Part shown: piece after piece, positions 10,160 to 20,141 of the stretch
Position numbering within the stretch: the first letter of the stretch is position 1
How the letters are laid out: each line of letters starts with the position of its first letter
Assembly: GCA_903825105.1 (NCBI GenBank)
Contig: CAIJZI010000008.1
Location: forward strand, 8,401 to 72,400
Source of the DNA: an uncultured bacterium
GTDB taxonomy: Bacteria; Patescibacteriota; Minisyncoccia; Phycocordibacterales; Phycocordibacteraceae
Direction of reading: 5' to 3'
Length of the DNA stretch: 64,000 nucleotides
Translations under genes and position numbers: made by a program
Notes under the pieces: model-generated
What the model saw: only the letters and a program-made list of their open reading frames with translations
What the model was told of the DNA's origin: nothing
Database searches by the model: none

Positions 10160-10624
10160 ATGCGCCGACCACTGAAACACAAGAGAACCTGGAGACCAGA
10201 TCTGAAGTATGGATCTGAAACTTTGTCGCGCTTTATAAACGCAGTGATGTGGAGCGGGAAGAAGGATACCGCGCGCGCAGTCGTCTATGATGCCTTCGCT
10301 GTGATAGAAAAGGATGGCGCGAATTCGCTCGAAACCTTTGAAGCAGCGCTCCGCAATGTCTCGCCTCTTATGGAGGTGCGTTCTCGACGTGTCGGTGGCG
10401 CGAACTATCAGGTGCCACGCGAAGTCCCACAGAATCGCCGCCTCGCACTCGCATTCCGTTGGCTTATCAACGCCGCCCGCTCTAAGAAGGGAAAGCCTAT
10501 GGCAGAAAAGCTCGCCGCCGAGCTCCTCCTCGCCGCAAAGAATGAAGGTGATGCGATTAAGAAGCGCGATGAGATGCATCGTATGGCAGAAGCGAACAAG
10601 GCTTTTGCTCACTTCGCTTGGTAA
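10160..10624 (+). CDS. rpsG: 30S ribosomal protein S7
   Basis: EVRSRRVGGANYQVP, HRMAEANKAFAHF. Confidence 0.98.
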   Translation: MRRPLKHKRTWRPDLKYGSETLSRFINAVMWSGKKDTARAVVYDAFAVIEKDGANSLETFEAALRNVSPLMEVRSRRVGGANYQVPREVPQNRRLALAFRWLINAARSKKGKPMAEKLAAELLLAAKNEGDAIKKRDEMHRMAEANKAFAHFAW

Positions 10625-10685
10625 TTTGCGAAGCAAATTACCCTGAGCGTAGTCGAAAGGTTGGTTTTTGTGCTATATTTTTTAT

Positions 10686-10997
10686 ATGAAATATCGCAAC
10701 ACACTCCAGAAAGGTTCAGTACGCAACATAATCTTTCGCCAAGGGAAGGTGTGGTTTGGGGTGGCTCTAGAATTTAACATTGTTGAAACAGGGGATGACG
10801 CACAAGAAGTAATGATTCTTCTTGAAGAGGCGGTGCGCGGCTATCTCGCCTCAGCTCGTAAAGGTAAATTGAACGCAGCTGTTCTCAATCAGAAATCAGA
10901 ACCAGAATATGAAAATCTATGGCTTGGGAAAAATAATCCAAAGTTGATCCCGTCTCCCATTCAGATACACACTTTTAGCGAACGAACCTTTGCATAA
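10686..10997 (+). CDS. HicB-like antitoxin
   Basis: Partial RNase H-like pattern (W-x-G...L..IVETGD..E....L.EA...Y) directly upstream of HicA. Confidence 0.65.
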   Translation: MKYRNTLQKGSVRNIIFRQGKVWFGVALEFNIVETGDDAQEVMILLEEAVRGYLASARKGKLNAAVLNQKSEPEYENLWLGKNNPKLIPSPIQIHTFSERTFA

Positions 10998-11002
10998 TTT
11001 CT

Positions 11003-11239
11003 ATGCCGCGCGGGCTCAATAACTGGTCTTTTAGGGACATAAAACATTTTCTAGAACAACACAATTTTCATTTGAATCACATCGAAGGTAGTCATTATTT
11101 TTACACCGGTTCCTACAGAGGAGTCGTCCGCCAAGTTTCAATCCCATTTCACGGGTCAAAAACGATTCATCCTAAGACGATGAAAAGTATTGTGCGCCAG
11201 TCCGGCGTCCCGCAAGAAGAGTGGATGAAATATAAATAA
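11003..11239 (+). CDS. hicA: HicA family mRNA interferase toxin
   Basis: 78 aa, GSH motif, VSIPFH, T.KSI.RQSG. Confidence 0.85.
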   Translation: MPRGLNNWSFRDIKHFLEQHNFHLNHIEGSHYFYTGSYRGVVRQVSIPFHGSKTIHPKTMKSIVRQSGVPQEEWMKYK

Positions 11240-11311
11240 CAATAAACTGCGATTGACACTTTGTGTCAGGGGGGGGGGTAGGATTAAGGGTGTTATTAAT
11301 CCAAAAAATAT

Positions 11312-11854
11312 ATGAGCATAGAAAATCCCGAAAAATATACTCCAAGCGATGAAGAAATTAAAAAAGCAGGAGAAAATATGACAGATGCGCAAGCATATAT
11401 ATCAAACAAAAGAGAAGAGAGCGTCAAAAAATTAAAAGAAATTGGTGTAGATGGTTATTTAGAGAGACTCAGTGACGGGAAGATAAGCGGTAAAATTAAT
11501 GGTCATAAAATTGAGATTGTCCAAACTGGCGATAGCCATATGTTTCCTCATTATGAGGTTTTTGTTGATGATAATTTTAAATTAACAGAAGGCGAAGCTC
11601 ATCGCTTCGCACATAAATACCTTGGTTATAATTCTGAAAATGTCGCTGGCTACATAAAGTCTGAACGAAAGACCGTAATGATAAATTATAAAAAACTCGA
11701 TGGCACCTTAGGAAGGTATAGTGATACTACACATAAAAATATCGACATGCTCAAAGAAGCAGAGAAATTAACAAGAACAGAAGAGGGACAAAGACAAATT
11801 GAAGAACAAATTCAAGCAAAGGGAGAAAAAATGCTGAAAGAAATAGGTTTGTAA
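11312..11854 (+). CDS. Hypothetical protein (AT-rich)
   Basis: 180-aa ORF; N-terminus YTPSDEEIKKA..MT. Confidence 0.7.
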   Translation: MSIENPEKYTPSDEEIKKAGENMTDAQAYISNKREESVKKLKEIGVDGYLERLSDGKISGKINGHKIEIVQTGDSHMFPHYEVFVDDNFKLTEGEAHRFAHKYLGYNSENVAGYIKSERKTVMINYKKLDGTLGRYSDTTHKNIDMLKEAEKLTRTEEGQRQIEEQIQAKGEKMLKEIGL

Positions 11855-11925
11855 TTCAAAAGTTGACTCCTTTGCGCTTTAACCTTATATTTCTCTGCGG
11901 GTTGTACAAATTCAAAAACAAAAAA

Positions 11926-12126
11926 ATGAAAGGGGAAATAGAGTTGCCACCGTCTATTCAAGAAATAAACAGTGACGAAAAGTGTCGTTACTGTAATCTG
12001 CCAAGGGGATTGCACGGCATTTATGCCAGGCTTTTCAAGCGTCGGGGCGAGCTCGACCACCAAGGGCATCATGGCGACGACGAAGAGCCCGAATGCTCCG
12101 GCTTCGAGTCGGCGTCGATAACTTAA
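11926..12126 (+). CDS. Small putative metal-binding protein
   Basis: CxxC, His residues and distal Cys; TTGACT-17-TATATT upstream and terminator hairpin downstream. Confidence 0.55.
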   Translation: MKGEIELPPSIQEINSDEKCRYCNLPRGLHGIYARLFKRRGELDHQGHHGDDEEPECSGFESASIT

Positions 12127-12240
12127 ACCCAATCAACCCAACAGAGGTGGGACCCTACAGTCCCGCCTCTTTGCTTTTTCACCATTTTCAGCTATTGTAC
12201 TTATAACGCCTCGGCGTCTTTTTATTTCCTACTATTATTT

Positions 12241-14388
12241 ATGAACCGCGACTATCCACTAGAAAAAGTGCGCAACTTCGGCATCATCGCTCACATCGAC
12301 GCGGGCAAGACGACTGTGTCTGAGCGCATCCTCTTTTATACCGGCAGTCAGCACAAGATCGGCGAGGTGCACGAGGGCGAGACCACGACCGACTGGATGG
12401 AACAGGAGCGCGAGCGCGGCATCACTATTACCTCGGCTGCTATCACTTGTTTCTGGAGCCGAACGAGCGAGAAAGATAAAAAGGATGTTTCGAAGAAAAC
12501 GCGTTTCAATATTATCGACACTCCGGGGCACATCGACTTTACCGCCGAGGTGCAGCGTTCTATGCGTGTGCTCGACGGCGCGATAGTCGTCTTCGACGGC
12601 GTGTCTGGGGTAGAACCACAGTCAGAGACCAACTGGCGCTATGCCGACGACGCGAGTGTCCCGCGCATCTGTTTCATCAATAAGCTTGATCGCATCGGCG
12701 CTTCGTTCGAGCGTTCCTATGCGAGCATTCTCGACCGGCTTTCACCAAAGGCGATTCGTATGCAGATTCCTATCGGAGAAGAATCTCTCCATGAAGGCTC
12801 GATCGATCTCCTCACGATGAAAGGGTACAATTTCGTCGGCAATATGGGCGAAGAAGTTGTTGAAATCCCTGTCCCAGAGAGCCTTCTCGAAGAGGCGAAG
12901 AAATATCGTTCAGAACTTATCGAGCGCATCGTTGAACAGGATGACGCGGCGATGAATGCATATCTCGAAGGGAAGGAACCGTCGCTTGAAGAATTAAAAG
13001 CAATTTTGCACAAGGCAGTTGTCGCGAATCAGATTTTCCCTGTCTACTGTGGCAGCGCGCTTCATAATAAAGGTGTTCAGCTCGTACTCGACGCCGTTGT
13101 CGATTATCTTCCTTCACCGAAGGAGTTGAAGCCAGTTACTGGCATTAATCCTAAGACTGGTGGACCTGTCGAGCGCCATGCCGCTGACGATGAGCCATTT
13201 TGTGCGCTCGCCTTTAAGCTTCAGACCGACCCGTTCGTTGGTGCATTAACCTTCTTCCGTGTGTATTCAGGAACGCTCTCTGCTGGCTCGTATGTCTATA
13301 ACTCGACCACAGGTTCAAAGGAGCGCGTGGGCCGTATCGTGCGTCTTCAGGCAGACAAAAGAGAAGAAGTGGCACAAGTTTTCACAGGAGAAATCGCTGC
13401 TGCTGTCGGTTTGAAAGATACGAAGACTTCGCACACGCTCTGTGACGAAGCGAATCCGATTATTCTCGAACAGATTAAATTCCCTGAACCAGTGGTGTCG
13501 CTTCGCATCGAACCGAAGACCAAGGCTGACCAAGAAAAAATGGGTGTCGCTCTGCGTAAGCTCTCTGACGAAGACCCGACCTTCCGCGTCTCGGGCGATG
13601 AAGAGACGGGCGAGACGATTATTTCTGGTATGGGTGAACTTCACCTCGAAATTCTCGTTGACCGAATGAAGCGTGAATTTAGCGTGATCGCTGATGTGGG
13701 GAAGCCGCAGGTGGCGTATCGCGAAACGATTCTCGGCGCTGCTGATGCTGAAGGGAAGTATATTAAGCAGACCGGTGGTCGCGGCCAGTATGGCCATGTG
13801 AAAATTAAATTGAAAAAGCTCGAACCGCTCGAAGAGGGTGCGAAGATCTCGAAGAATATCACGCGCGAAGACCACTTCGAATTCATCAACAACATCAAGG
13901 GGGGTGTCGTGCCACAAGAATATATCCCAGCGGTGGAGAAGGGCGTTCGCGAAGCGATGGCGAGAGGATTCCTCGCAGGCTTCCCGATGGTGGATGTGTC
14001 AGTCGACCTCTACGACGGTTCGTATCACGATGTCGACTCTTCAGAAATCGCTTTCAAAATCGCGGCATCAATGGCCTTTCAAGATGCAGCAGGGAAGGCG
14101 AAGGCAGTTATTCTCGAGCCGATTATGCGCGTGGAAGTCATTGTCCCAGATAAGTTTATGGGCGACATCACTGGCAACTTGTCAGGAAAGCGCGGGCAGA
14201 TCGAAGGCACCGAAGAGCGTGGAATGAATAAGGCGGTGCATGCGAAAGTGCCGCTCTCTGAAATGTTCGGTTATACCACAACGCTGCGCTCAATGACTGA
14301 AGGCCGCGGCAATATGACGATGGAGTTCGACCACTACGGCGTCGTGCCAAACAACATCGCGACGGACATTATTGCAAGTCGGAAGTAA
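12241..14388 (+). CDS. fusA: Elongation factor G
   Basis: [29 protein letters not shown]. Confidence 0.99.
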   Translation: MNRDYPLEKVRNFGIIAHIDAGKTTVSERILFYTGSQHKIGEVHEGETTTDWMEQERERGITITSAAITCFWSRTSEKDKKDVSKKTRFNIIDTPGHIDFTAEVQRSMRVLDGAIVVFDGVSGVEPQSETNWRYADDASVPRICFINKLDRIGASFERSYASILDRLSPKAIRMQIPIGEESLHEGSIDLLTMKGYNFVGNMGEEVVEIPVPESLLEEAKKYRSELIERIVEQDDAAMNAYLEGKEPSLEELKAILHKAVVANQIFPVYCGSALHNKGVQLVLDAVVDYLPSPKELKPVTGINPKTGGPVERHAADDEPFCALAFKLQTDPFVGALTFFRVYSGTLSAGSYVYNSTTGSKERVGRIVRLQADKREEVAQVFTGEIAAAVGLKDTKTSHTLCDEANPIILEQIKFPEPVVSLRIEPKTKADQEKMGVALRKLSDEDPTFRVSGDEETGETIISGMGELHLEILVDRMKREFSVIADVGKPQVAYRETILGAADAEGKYIKQTGGRGQYGHVKIKLKKLEPLEEGAKISKNITREDHFEFINNIKGGVVPQEYIPAVEKGVREAMARGFLAGFPMVDVSVDLYDGSYHDVDSSEIAFKIAASMAFQDAAGKAKAVILEPIMRVEVIVPDKFMGDITGNLSGKRGQIEGTEERGMNKAVHAKVPLSEMFGYTTTLRSMTEGRGNMTMEFDHYGVVPNNIATDIIASRK

Positions 14389-14396
14389 TAAACATC

Positions 14397-14425
14397 TTGC
14401 ATTTATATGTACCATTGCGTATAGT
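14397..14425 (+). promoter_or_regulatory. sigma70 promoter of tuf
   Basis: TTGCAT-17-TATAGT. Confidence 0.7.
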
Positions 14426-14509
14426 TGTTAGAACGCATTGAGGCGTAACTCGACTGGTGTTTTGTCGAGGATTTATTCGTGATTTTATTAATTTAAATTA
14501 CCAGATACT

Positions 14510-15709
14510 ATGGCAGAATTTAATCGTTCGAAGCCGCACATGAATGTCGGCACCATCGGTCACGTTGACCACGGGAAGACGACGCTTACCGCGTCTATTC
14601 TCCACATCCTCTCGATGATGACAGCGCAGGGCTACAGCGCACGCGTCGAAGGAGTTGACAATATCGACAGCGCCCCAGAAGAGAAGGCACGCGGGATCAC
14701 TATCGCTCTCCACCACTCGGAGTACGAGACCCCGAATCGTCACTACGCACACATCGACGCCCCAGGGCACGCTGACTACATCAAGAACATGATTACTGGT
14801 GCTGCCCAGATGGACGGCGCAGTACTCGTGGTCGCAGCGACTGACGGTGTGATGCCTCAGACACGCGAGCACATCCTTCTCGCGAAGCAGGTGGGTCTTA
14901 AGAAGCTCATCGTATTCATCAACAAGGTGGATATGGTCGCAGAAGCAGATCTTGTTGACCTCGTTGAAGAAGAAATTCGCGAATTGCTCACCAAACAGGG
15001 CTACGATGGTACAAACACGCCGATTATCCGCGGCTCAGGCCTCAAGGCCCTTGACGCTAAGAGCGTTGATGAAGAGTACGCAGTGAAGGTGAAGGAACTC
15101 GTCGACACAATGGACACCTACTTCGATCTCCCAGAGCGCGAAATCAGCAAGCCATTCCTTATGCCGATTGAAGACATCTTCTCGATCGAAGGTCGTGGCA
15201 CAGTGGTCACTGGCCGTATCGAGCGCGGTGTTATCAAGGTTGGTGAGGAAGTTGAAATTGTTGGTATCAAGCCAACAGCTAAGACGACCGTCACCGGTAT
15301 TGAAATGTTCAACAAGCAGCTCCAAGAGGGAACAGCAGGCGACAATGCCGGCATTCTTCTCCGCGGAACGAAGAAGGAGGATGTGCACCGTGGCCAGGTT
15401 CTCGCGAAGACTGGCTCGGTCACTCCACACACCGACTTCGAAGCAGAGGTGTATGTTCTTGGAAAGGATGAAGGAGGCCGTCACACGCCATTCTTCTCTG
15501 GCTACAAGCCACAGTTCTATATCCGAACCACAGATGTTACGGGCGAAGTAACGCTCGCAGATGGAAAGGAAATGGTGATGCCAGGCGATACAACAACCTT
15601 CAAGGTTAAACTTGTTGCCCCAGTCGCTCTCGAAGCAGAACAGCACTTCGCTATTCGCGAAGGAGGTAAGACCGTCGGCGCTGGCGTCGTGACGAAGATC
15701 ACTGCGTAG
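14510..15709 (+). CDS. tuf: Elongation factor Tu
   Basis: [32 protein letters not shown]. Confidence 0.99.
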   Translation: MAEFNRSKPHMNVGTIGHVDHGKTTLTASILHILSMMTAQGYSARVEGVDNIDSAPEEKARGITIALHHSEYETPNRHYAHIDAPGHADYIKNMITGAAQMDGAVLVVAATDGVMPQTREHILLAKQVGLKKLIVFINKVDMVAEADLVDLVEEEIRELLTKQGYDGTNTPIIRGSGLKALDAKSVDEEYAVKVKELVDTMDTYFDLPEREISKPFLMPIEDIFSIEGRGTVVTGRIERGVIKVGEEVEIVGIKPTAKTTVTGIEMFNKQLQEGTAGDNAGILLRGTKKEDVHRGQVLAKTGSVTPHTDFEAEVYVLGKDEGGRHTPFFSGYKPQFYIRTTDVTGEVTLADGKEMVMPGDTTTFKVKLVAPVALEAEQHFAIREGGKTVGAGVVTKITA

Positions 15710-15717
15710 ATAAAAGA

Positions 15718-15788
15718 TGTAAGGTTCAAGGTATAAGCAAAATTCAAAAAATAATTACTTAAACCTTAAATCTTATCCCTTACACCTA
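15718..15788. repeat. Inverted heptamer tracts (AAGGTTC-like / CTTAAAC-like)
   Basis: cttaaac cttaaat cttatcc cttacac, nearly identical to 49171-49206. Confidence 0.7.
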
Positions 15789-15793
15789 CTCTC

Positions 15794-16201
15794 ATGCCTA
15801 CAGCTAAGACTACAAAGCCAATAGCGAAGAAAGCAAAAGCAGCTCCTAAAAAAGTTGCTGCGAAGAAAACCGCACCAGTAGCTGTCGCTCCAGCCGAGCA
15901 CAAGCTGCGCATCCGCGTCTGTGCCTACGAGCACAAGATTCTTGATCTCTCGGTGAAGCAGATTATGGACACCGCCGCCCGCTTTGATGCGGTCGTCGTT
16001 GGCCCAGTCCCGCTCCCGACTGAGATTAAGCGTTGGACAGTGAACCGTTCTACCTTCGTCCACAAGGACGCTCGCGAACAGTTCGAGATGCGCATCCACA
16101 AACGCCTCATAGATATTCTCAATCCTCTCCCGAAGGTGATCGAGGCCCTCACGAACCTCAATCTCCCAAGCGGAGTCACGATAGATGTGAAGATGGTTTA
16201 G
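15794..16201 (+). CDS. rpsJ: 30S ribosomal protein S10 with Lys/Ala N-extension
   Basis: GPVPLPT, REQFEMRIHKRLIDI. Confidence 0.98.
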   Translation: MPTAKTTKPIAKKAKAAPKKVAAKKTAPVAVAPAEHKLRIRVCAYEHKILDLSVKQIMDTAARFDAVVVGPVPLPTEIKRWTVNRSTFVHKDAREQFEMRIHKRLIDILNPLPKVIEALTNLNLPSGVTIDVKMV

Positions 16202-16225
16202 CCTGAGCGAAGTCGAAGGCTTGCC

Positions 16226-16265
16226 AAAAACAACAAAACCGGCTCACGCCGGTTTTGTTGTTTTT
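16226..16265. terminator. Intrinsic terminator after rpsJ
   Basis: AAAAACAACAAAACCGG..CCGGTTTTGTTGTTTTT inverted repeat. Confidence 0.8.
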
Positions 16266-16319
16266 GCTTGCATAAAATATTTTATATTATAGAATATTGA
16301 ACGGAGAAAGGAGTCTGGT

Positions 16320-16586
16320 ATGGGATATTTTGTCCCGTTTTTGGTTGAGTGCCGTGGCTGCTGGAACAGGAGTCGGCCTGACAGAAATGTGAAAGAATCA
16401 ATCCGCAAAGTTCTCGCTGGCGAATTCAAAGTCTGCAACAACTGCGGCCGTGATCTCATTGAGATTCAAGTGCCAAACAGAAAAGCGGTGCAGGAAGTTC
16501 TGAAATCGCTCGGAGGAGTTCTTCCGGAACATGTAATCATTGTTGATTACATCGGTGGGAAGTACCCAGCGAGAGGCATCGTCTAA
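16320..16586 (+). CDS. Zn-ribbon-like small protein (SD-led cassette)
   Basis: CxxC...CxxC; AAGGAG SD, promoter and terminator. Confidence 0.7.
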   Translation: MGYFVPFLVECRGCWNRSRPDRNVKESIRKVLAGEFKVCNNCGRDLIEIQVPNRKAVQEVLKSLGGVLPEHVIIVDYIGGKYPARGIV

Positions 16587-16639
16587 CTAGCGCACGCAGG
16601 GATCATTGATAATCCTTGCGTGCGTTTCTTTTTAAGTAG

Positions 16640-16668
16640 TTGCATCTTTTTATACTATCGTGTAGAGT
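16640..16668 (+). promoter_or_regulatory. sigma70 promoter of rplC sub-operon
   Basis: TTGCAT-17-TAGAGT. Confidence 0.6.
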
Positions 16669-16754
16669 ACTTGAAACGCTATGTCCTTAGCAAAAGCGAA
16701 GGACCTATGGCAGAACGCGCGATGCGTCTCTGCATCGCGCGTTTTTCTTAAAAA

Positions 16755-17414
16755 ATGAAATTCATTCTCGCAAAAAAGGAAGGAATGACCCGAGTCTTCG
16801 GGGAAGATGGTCGCGCGCGAGCGGGGACTATTCTTCTTGCTGACCCTATTGTCGTGACGCAGGTGAAGACCAAAGAAGGGAAGGATAAATATTCTGCTAT
16901 TCAGGTCGGCATGGGCTCGCGAAAGGCGAAGAATGTCGGTAAGGCGGTCTTGGGTCACACCAAAGGTGTTGGCTATGAAAAGATTCGCGAATTCCGTCTC
17001 CCAACTTCATCGACTGAAGTTATGGCGGGCGAAGTCGGCGGAAAGATCGATGCTTCAATATTCGCTGTCGGCGAAGTGGTGCGCGTTTCTGGTATTACAA
17101 AAGGAAAAGGCTTCGCGGGCGGTGTGAAGCGTCACGGCTTCCACGGCGGCCCACGCACACACGGTCAGAAGCATTCTGAACGCGAGCCGGGAGCTATCGG
17201 CGGTTCGGGCGGTCGCGCAGGCGGTCGCGTCGCGAAGGGTATTCGTATGGCAGGAAGAATGGGCGGCGACAAGGTCACGGTCGAGAACCTTAAAGTGCTC
17301 GCGGTCGATGCTAAAAACGGAAAGATTATCGTCTCTGGCGCAGTCCCAGGGCCGCGCGGTACGATTCTCGAGATAACTTCAGTACCGGCTATGAAGCACG
17401 GTCGAACTGCATAA
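16755..17414 (+). CDS. rplC: 50S ribosomal protein L3
   Basis: KGKGFAGGVKR, HG..HSEREPGAIG, MAGRMG. Confidence 0.98.
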   Translation: MKFILAKKEGMTRVFGEDGRARAGTILLADPIVVTQVKTKEGKDKYSAIQVGMGSRKAKNVGKAVLGHTKGVGYEKIREFRLPTSSTEVMAGEVGGKIDASIFAVGEVVRVSGITKGKGFAGGVKRHGFHGGPRTHGQKHSEREPGAIGGSGGRAGGRVAKGIRMAGRMGGDKVTVENLKVLAVDAKNGKIIVSGAVPGPRGTILEITSVPAMKHGRTA

Positions 17415-17424
17415 TTTACATACC

Positions 17425-18135
17425 ATGGCTACAACAAATAAAATCGCGAAGAAGACAAAAGAGGCGCCAAACGAGCTCCCGATTTTCTCGATGACGGGAG
17501 AAAAGGTTGGTTCAATCGCATTGCCGAGTCAAATTTTTAACGCTCCGTGGCGTGCTGACCTCGTGCACCAAGTGACGACAGCGATGCAGGCGAATCTACG
17601 CCAGAATCGTGCACACACCAAAGATCGCGCAGAAGTCTCTGGCGGCGGCAAGAAACCGTGGAAGCAGAAGGGGACAGGTCAGGCGCGCGTCGGCTCGAGC
17701 CGCTCACCACTCTGGCGTCACGGCGGCGTAACCTTTGGTCCACGAAGCGAACGCGACTACAGCGAGAAGATTAATAAGAAGATGCGTGTCGGCGCGCTCC
17801 TCTCGGTTCTCTCCCAGAAGGCAAAGGACGGCGAAATCGTCTTGGTCGATCATTTCTCATTCGCGAAGCCATCGGCGAAGACGGCGAAGATCGCGATGCA
17901 GGCGCTCGCGAAAGGTACTGACGCACGATTCCTCTCAAAGAAGAAAAATGCTGCACTTCTCGCGCTCTCTTCATACGACACGAATTCCATTAAGAGTTTC
18001 AGCAACTTCGGCAATATGAAGACAGAAGAAGTGAGAAATATTAATCCACTCGAGATAATGACCCATAAGTATCTCATTATCGAGAACCCTGAAAAGGCAT
18101 TTGGAGAAATTCTTTCTCGCACCAATTTCAAATAA
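17425..18135 (+). CDS. rplD: 50S ribosomal protein L4
   Basis: EVSGGGKKPWKQKGTGQAR. Confidence 0.98.
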   Translation: MATTNKIAKKTKEAPNELPIFSMTGEKVGSIALPSQIFNAPWRADLVHQVTTAMQANLRQNRAHTKDRAEVSGGGKKPWKQKGTGQARVGSSRSPLWRHGGVTFGPRSERDYSEKINKKMRVGALLSVLSQKAKDGEIVLVDHFSFAKPSAKTAKIAMQALAKGTDARFLSKKKNAALLALSSYDTNSIKSFSNFGNMKTEEVRNINPLEIMTHKYLIIENPEKAFGEILSRTNFK

Positions 18136-18140
18136 ATTTT

Positions 18141-18515
18141 ATGGCACTATTTACTACCAAAAAGAAAGAAGTGAAATCAAAAAGCGATAAAGTCGCTCGT
18201 GTGTACCACGCTCGCGCGAATAAGCTCAAAGATGGTATCGCACACGAAGTGATTCTCGCGCCTTGGTTTTCTGAAAAGTCGCTTCTTATGACCGAGAAGG
18301 GAGTCTACACCTTCGCAGTGCCAAAGCGCGCGACGAAGGCAGACATCGCTGGCGCGATAAAAGAGATTTATAATGTCTCACCACGCGCCGTGCGCGTCGT
18401 GAACATTCCTGGTAAGCGAAAGCCGATGCGCACCAAGCGAGGGGAAGGCACGCGCGCCGAGAGACACAAGGCGTATGTCTACCTCAACGCAGGCGAGACG
18501 ATCTCCTTCACATAA
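18141..18515 (+). CDS. rplW: 50S ribosomal protein L23 (N-extended)
   Basis: SEKS, YTF.V, KAYVYL; position in operon. Confidence 0.95.
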   Translation: MALFTTKKKEVKSKSDKVARVYHARANKLKDGIAHEVILAPWFSEKSLLMTEKGVYTFAVPKRATKADIAGAIKEIYNVSPRAVRVVNIPGKRKPMRTKRGEGTRAERHKAYVYLNAGETISFT

Positions 18516-18520
18516 ATTTT

Positions 18521-19369
18521 ATGAAAACATACAAGCCAACATCAAAGAGCCGCCGAGCAATGACCACGCTCCCATACCGAGAACTTCTCTCGGGCGATGC
18601 TCCACACAAGCCACTCTTGAAAAAGAGCTCGAGCAAGGGTGGGCGTAACAACTTCGGCCGTATCACGGTTCGTCACCAGGGCGGCGGTCAGAAAAAGCGC
18701 TTCCGCGCCGTTGATTTCAAATATGATAAGAAAAATATCCCTGCGAAAATCGAGACCGTAGAATATGATCCGTTTCGCAGTGCCTTCATCGGTCTCGCCC
18801 TCTATCGCGACGGAGAGCGCCGCTATGTCGTCCTTCCAAAAGAGATGAAAGTGGGCAGCACCTTTGTTGTTGGCGAAGAAGTACCGATGACCATCGGTAA
18901 TCGTATGCCACTTGGTAAAATCCCCGTCGGTACCTTTGTTTATAATATCGAGCTCCAGCCAGGCTCAGGAGCTTCGCTCGTCAGAAGCGCGGGCAACTTC
19001 GCAGAAGTGGTCGCGCACGACGCGGGCTATGCACAGATTAAATTGCCATCGACAGAAATTCGTAAGATCTCCGACCTCTGCTACGCGTGTATCGGCGCGG
19101 TCGGCAATGAAGAATACAATCTCGTGGTTATCGGTAAGGCAGGTCGCTCACGATGGCTCGGTATCCGCCCAACAGTGCGCGGAACCGCGATGAACCCAGT
19201 CGATCACCCACACGGCGGTGGTGAAGGTAAGCAGGGAAGAGGCTCTCGTCGAGCGAAGACGATGTGGGGCAAGCCGTCGGGCAAGGGTCAGAAGACGCGC
19301 ACACCAAAGAAATACTCAAATGTGTTTATTGTCTCCCGCCGCAAGGTTGGAAAGAGAAAGAAAGGATAA
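18521..19369 (+). CDS. rplB: 50S ribosomal protein L2
   Basis: GRITVRHQGGG, AMNPVDHPHGGGEG. Confidence 0.99.
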   Translation: MKTYKPTSKSRRAMTTLPYRELLSGDAPHKPLLKKSSSKGGRNNFGRITVRHQGGGQKKRFRAVDFKYDKKNIPAKIETVEYDPFRSAFIGLALYRDGERRYVVLPKEMKVGSTFVVGEEVPMTIGNRMPLGKIPVGTFVYNIELQPGSGASLVRSAGNFAEVVAHDAGYAQIKLPSTEIRKISDLCYACIGAVGNEEYNLVVIGKAGRSRWLGIRPTVRGTAMNPVDHPHGGGEGKQGRGSRRAKTMWGKPSGKGQKTRTPKKYSNVFIVSRRKVGKRKKG

Positions 19370-19384
19370 AAAAATAATAAAAAC

Positions 19385-19414
19385 AAAAAGCCGTTCCGCA
19401 AGGAACGGCTTTTT
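19385..19414. terminator. Intrinsic terminator after rplB
   Basis: AAAAAGCCGTTCC GCAA GGAACGGCTTTTT. Confidence 0.85.
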
Positions 19415-19472
19415 GTTGACTTTTGGATGGTTTAGGTAGAGATTGCTTGAGGAAGTAAAAAGTGGAGGCGTT

Positions 19473-19637
19473 ATGCCGTTTGTCATACTGCTCGTGGGAA
19501 TTCAAAGATTTTTTCGATTTCTTGGTGGTGCAAGCGATTACGACAAGATCGTGAAAGATCTCGCAGATGCGAAAGAAGAATCAGAACGTATAAAAGAAAA
19601 GTTCAGAAGATTTAGTGGGAATAATTGGATCATCTGA
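19473..19637 (+). CDS. Small hypothetical protein (SD-led cassette)
   Basis: GGAGG SD; terminator at 19642-19668. Confidence 0.55.
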   Translation: MPFVILLVGIQRFFRFLGGASDYDKIVKDLADAKEESERIKEKFRRFSGNNWII

Positions 19638-19706
19638 ATCACAAAGCCGGCTTGCCAGAGCCGGCTTTTCATATTCTTGATTTATACGCATGTTAAAATA
19701 TTTTGG

Positions 19707-20093
19707 ATGAAAAAGTTTTTTGAGTGGATTGGGCTGAAGGAAAAACTTCACGAAACTGCTCATAAGCCGCCATTCGTGTCGGAGCGCGAAATTTGGTGGG
19801 TGAGCCTTGGAGAGAATGTCGGTTCAGAAATGAATGGCAAAAGCGATCGATTTACGAGACCTGCGCTCGTCTTAAAGAAGTTGGCGCACGGTTTCTTTCT
19901 TGTCGCGCCGACCACGACTCAGCATCACGAAGGAAGTTGGTATATCAGAGTCTCGCTCGAAGGAAAAGATGAATATGTGTGTCTCAACCAAATCAGAACG
20001 ATTGACCATCGGCGGTTGTATTCACGTCTCGGCAAGCTCGACGACGATGATTTTAGTAAAGTGAAGGAAGGATTTAAGAAACTGTATCTATAA
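19707..20093 (+). CDS. PemK/MazF family endoribonuclease, no protein antitoxin gene evident
   Basis: EIWWVSLGENVGSEM.GK...RPALVL, P.TT, NQIRTID..RL. Confidence 0.9.
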   Translation: MKKFFEWIGLKEKLHETAHKPPFVSEREIWWVSLGENVGSEMNGKSDRFTRPALVLKKLAHGFFLVAPTTTQHHEGSWYIRVSLEGKDEYVCLNQIRTIDHRRLYSRLGKLDDDDFSKVKEGFKKLYL

Positions 20094-20141
20094 AATGTTC
20101 CACCGCCTTTTGGGCGGTGGTCGCGGCGAATGCCGAATGTG
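20092..20141 (-). ncRNA. Putative small RNA convergent with the MazF gene
   Basis: Minus-strand TTGCTT-17-TATACT promoter (20175-20147), then two hairpins and a U-tract. Confidence 0.5.

Noticed and set aside
12259-15646. Long antisense ORFs over fusA and tuf (also over rplE and groEL)
   Set aside because: Shadow ORFs caused by codon bias of highly expressed genes; no motifs or expression signals.
19473-19637. MazE antitoxin
   Set aside because: Hydrophobic N-terminus, no AbrB/RHH pattern, and separated from the toxin by a strong terminator; not fully excluded.
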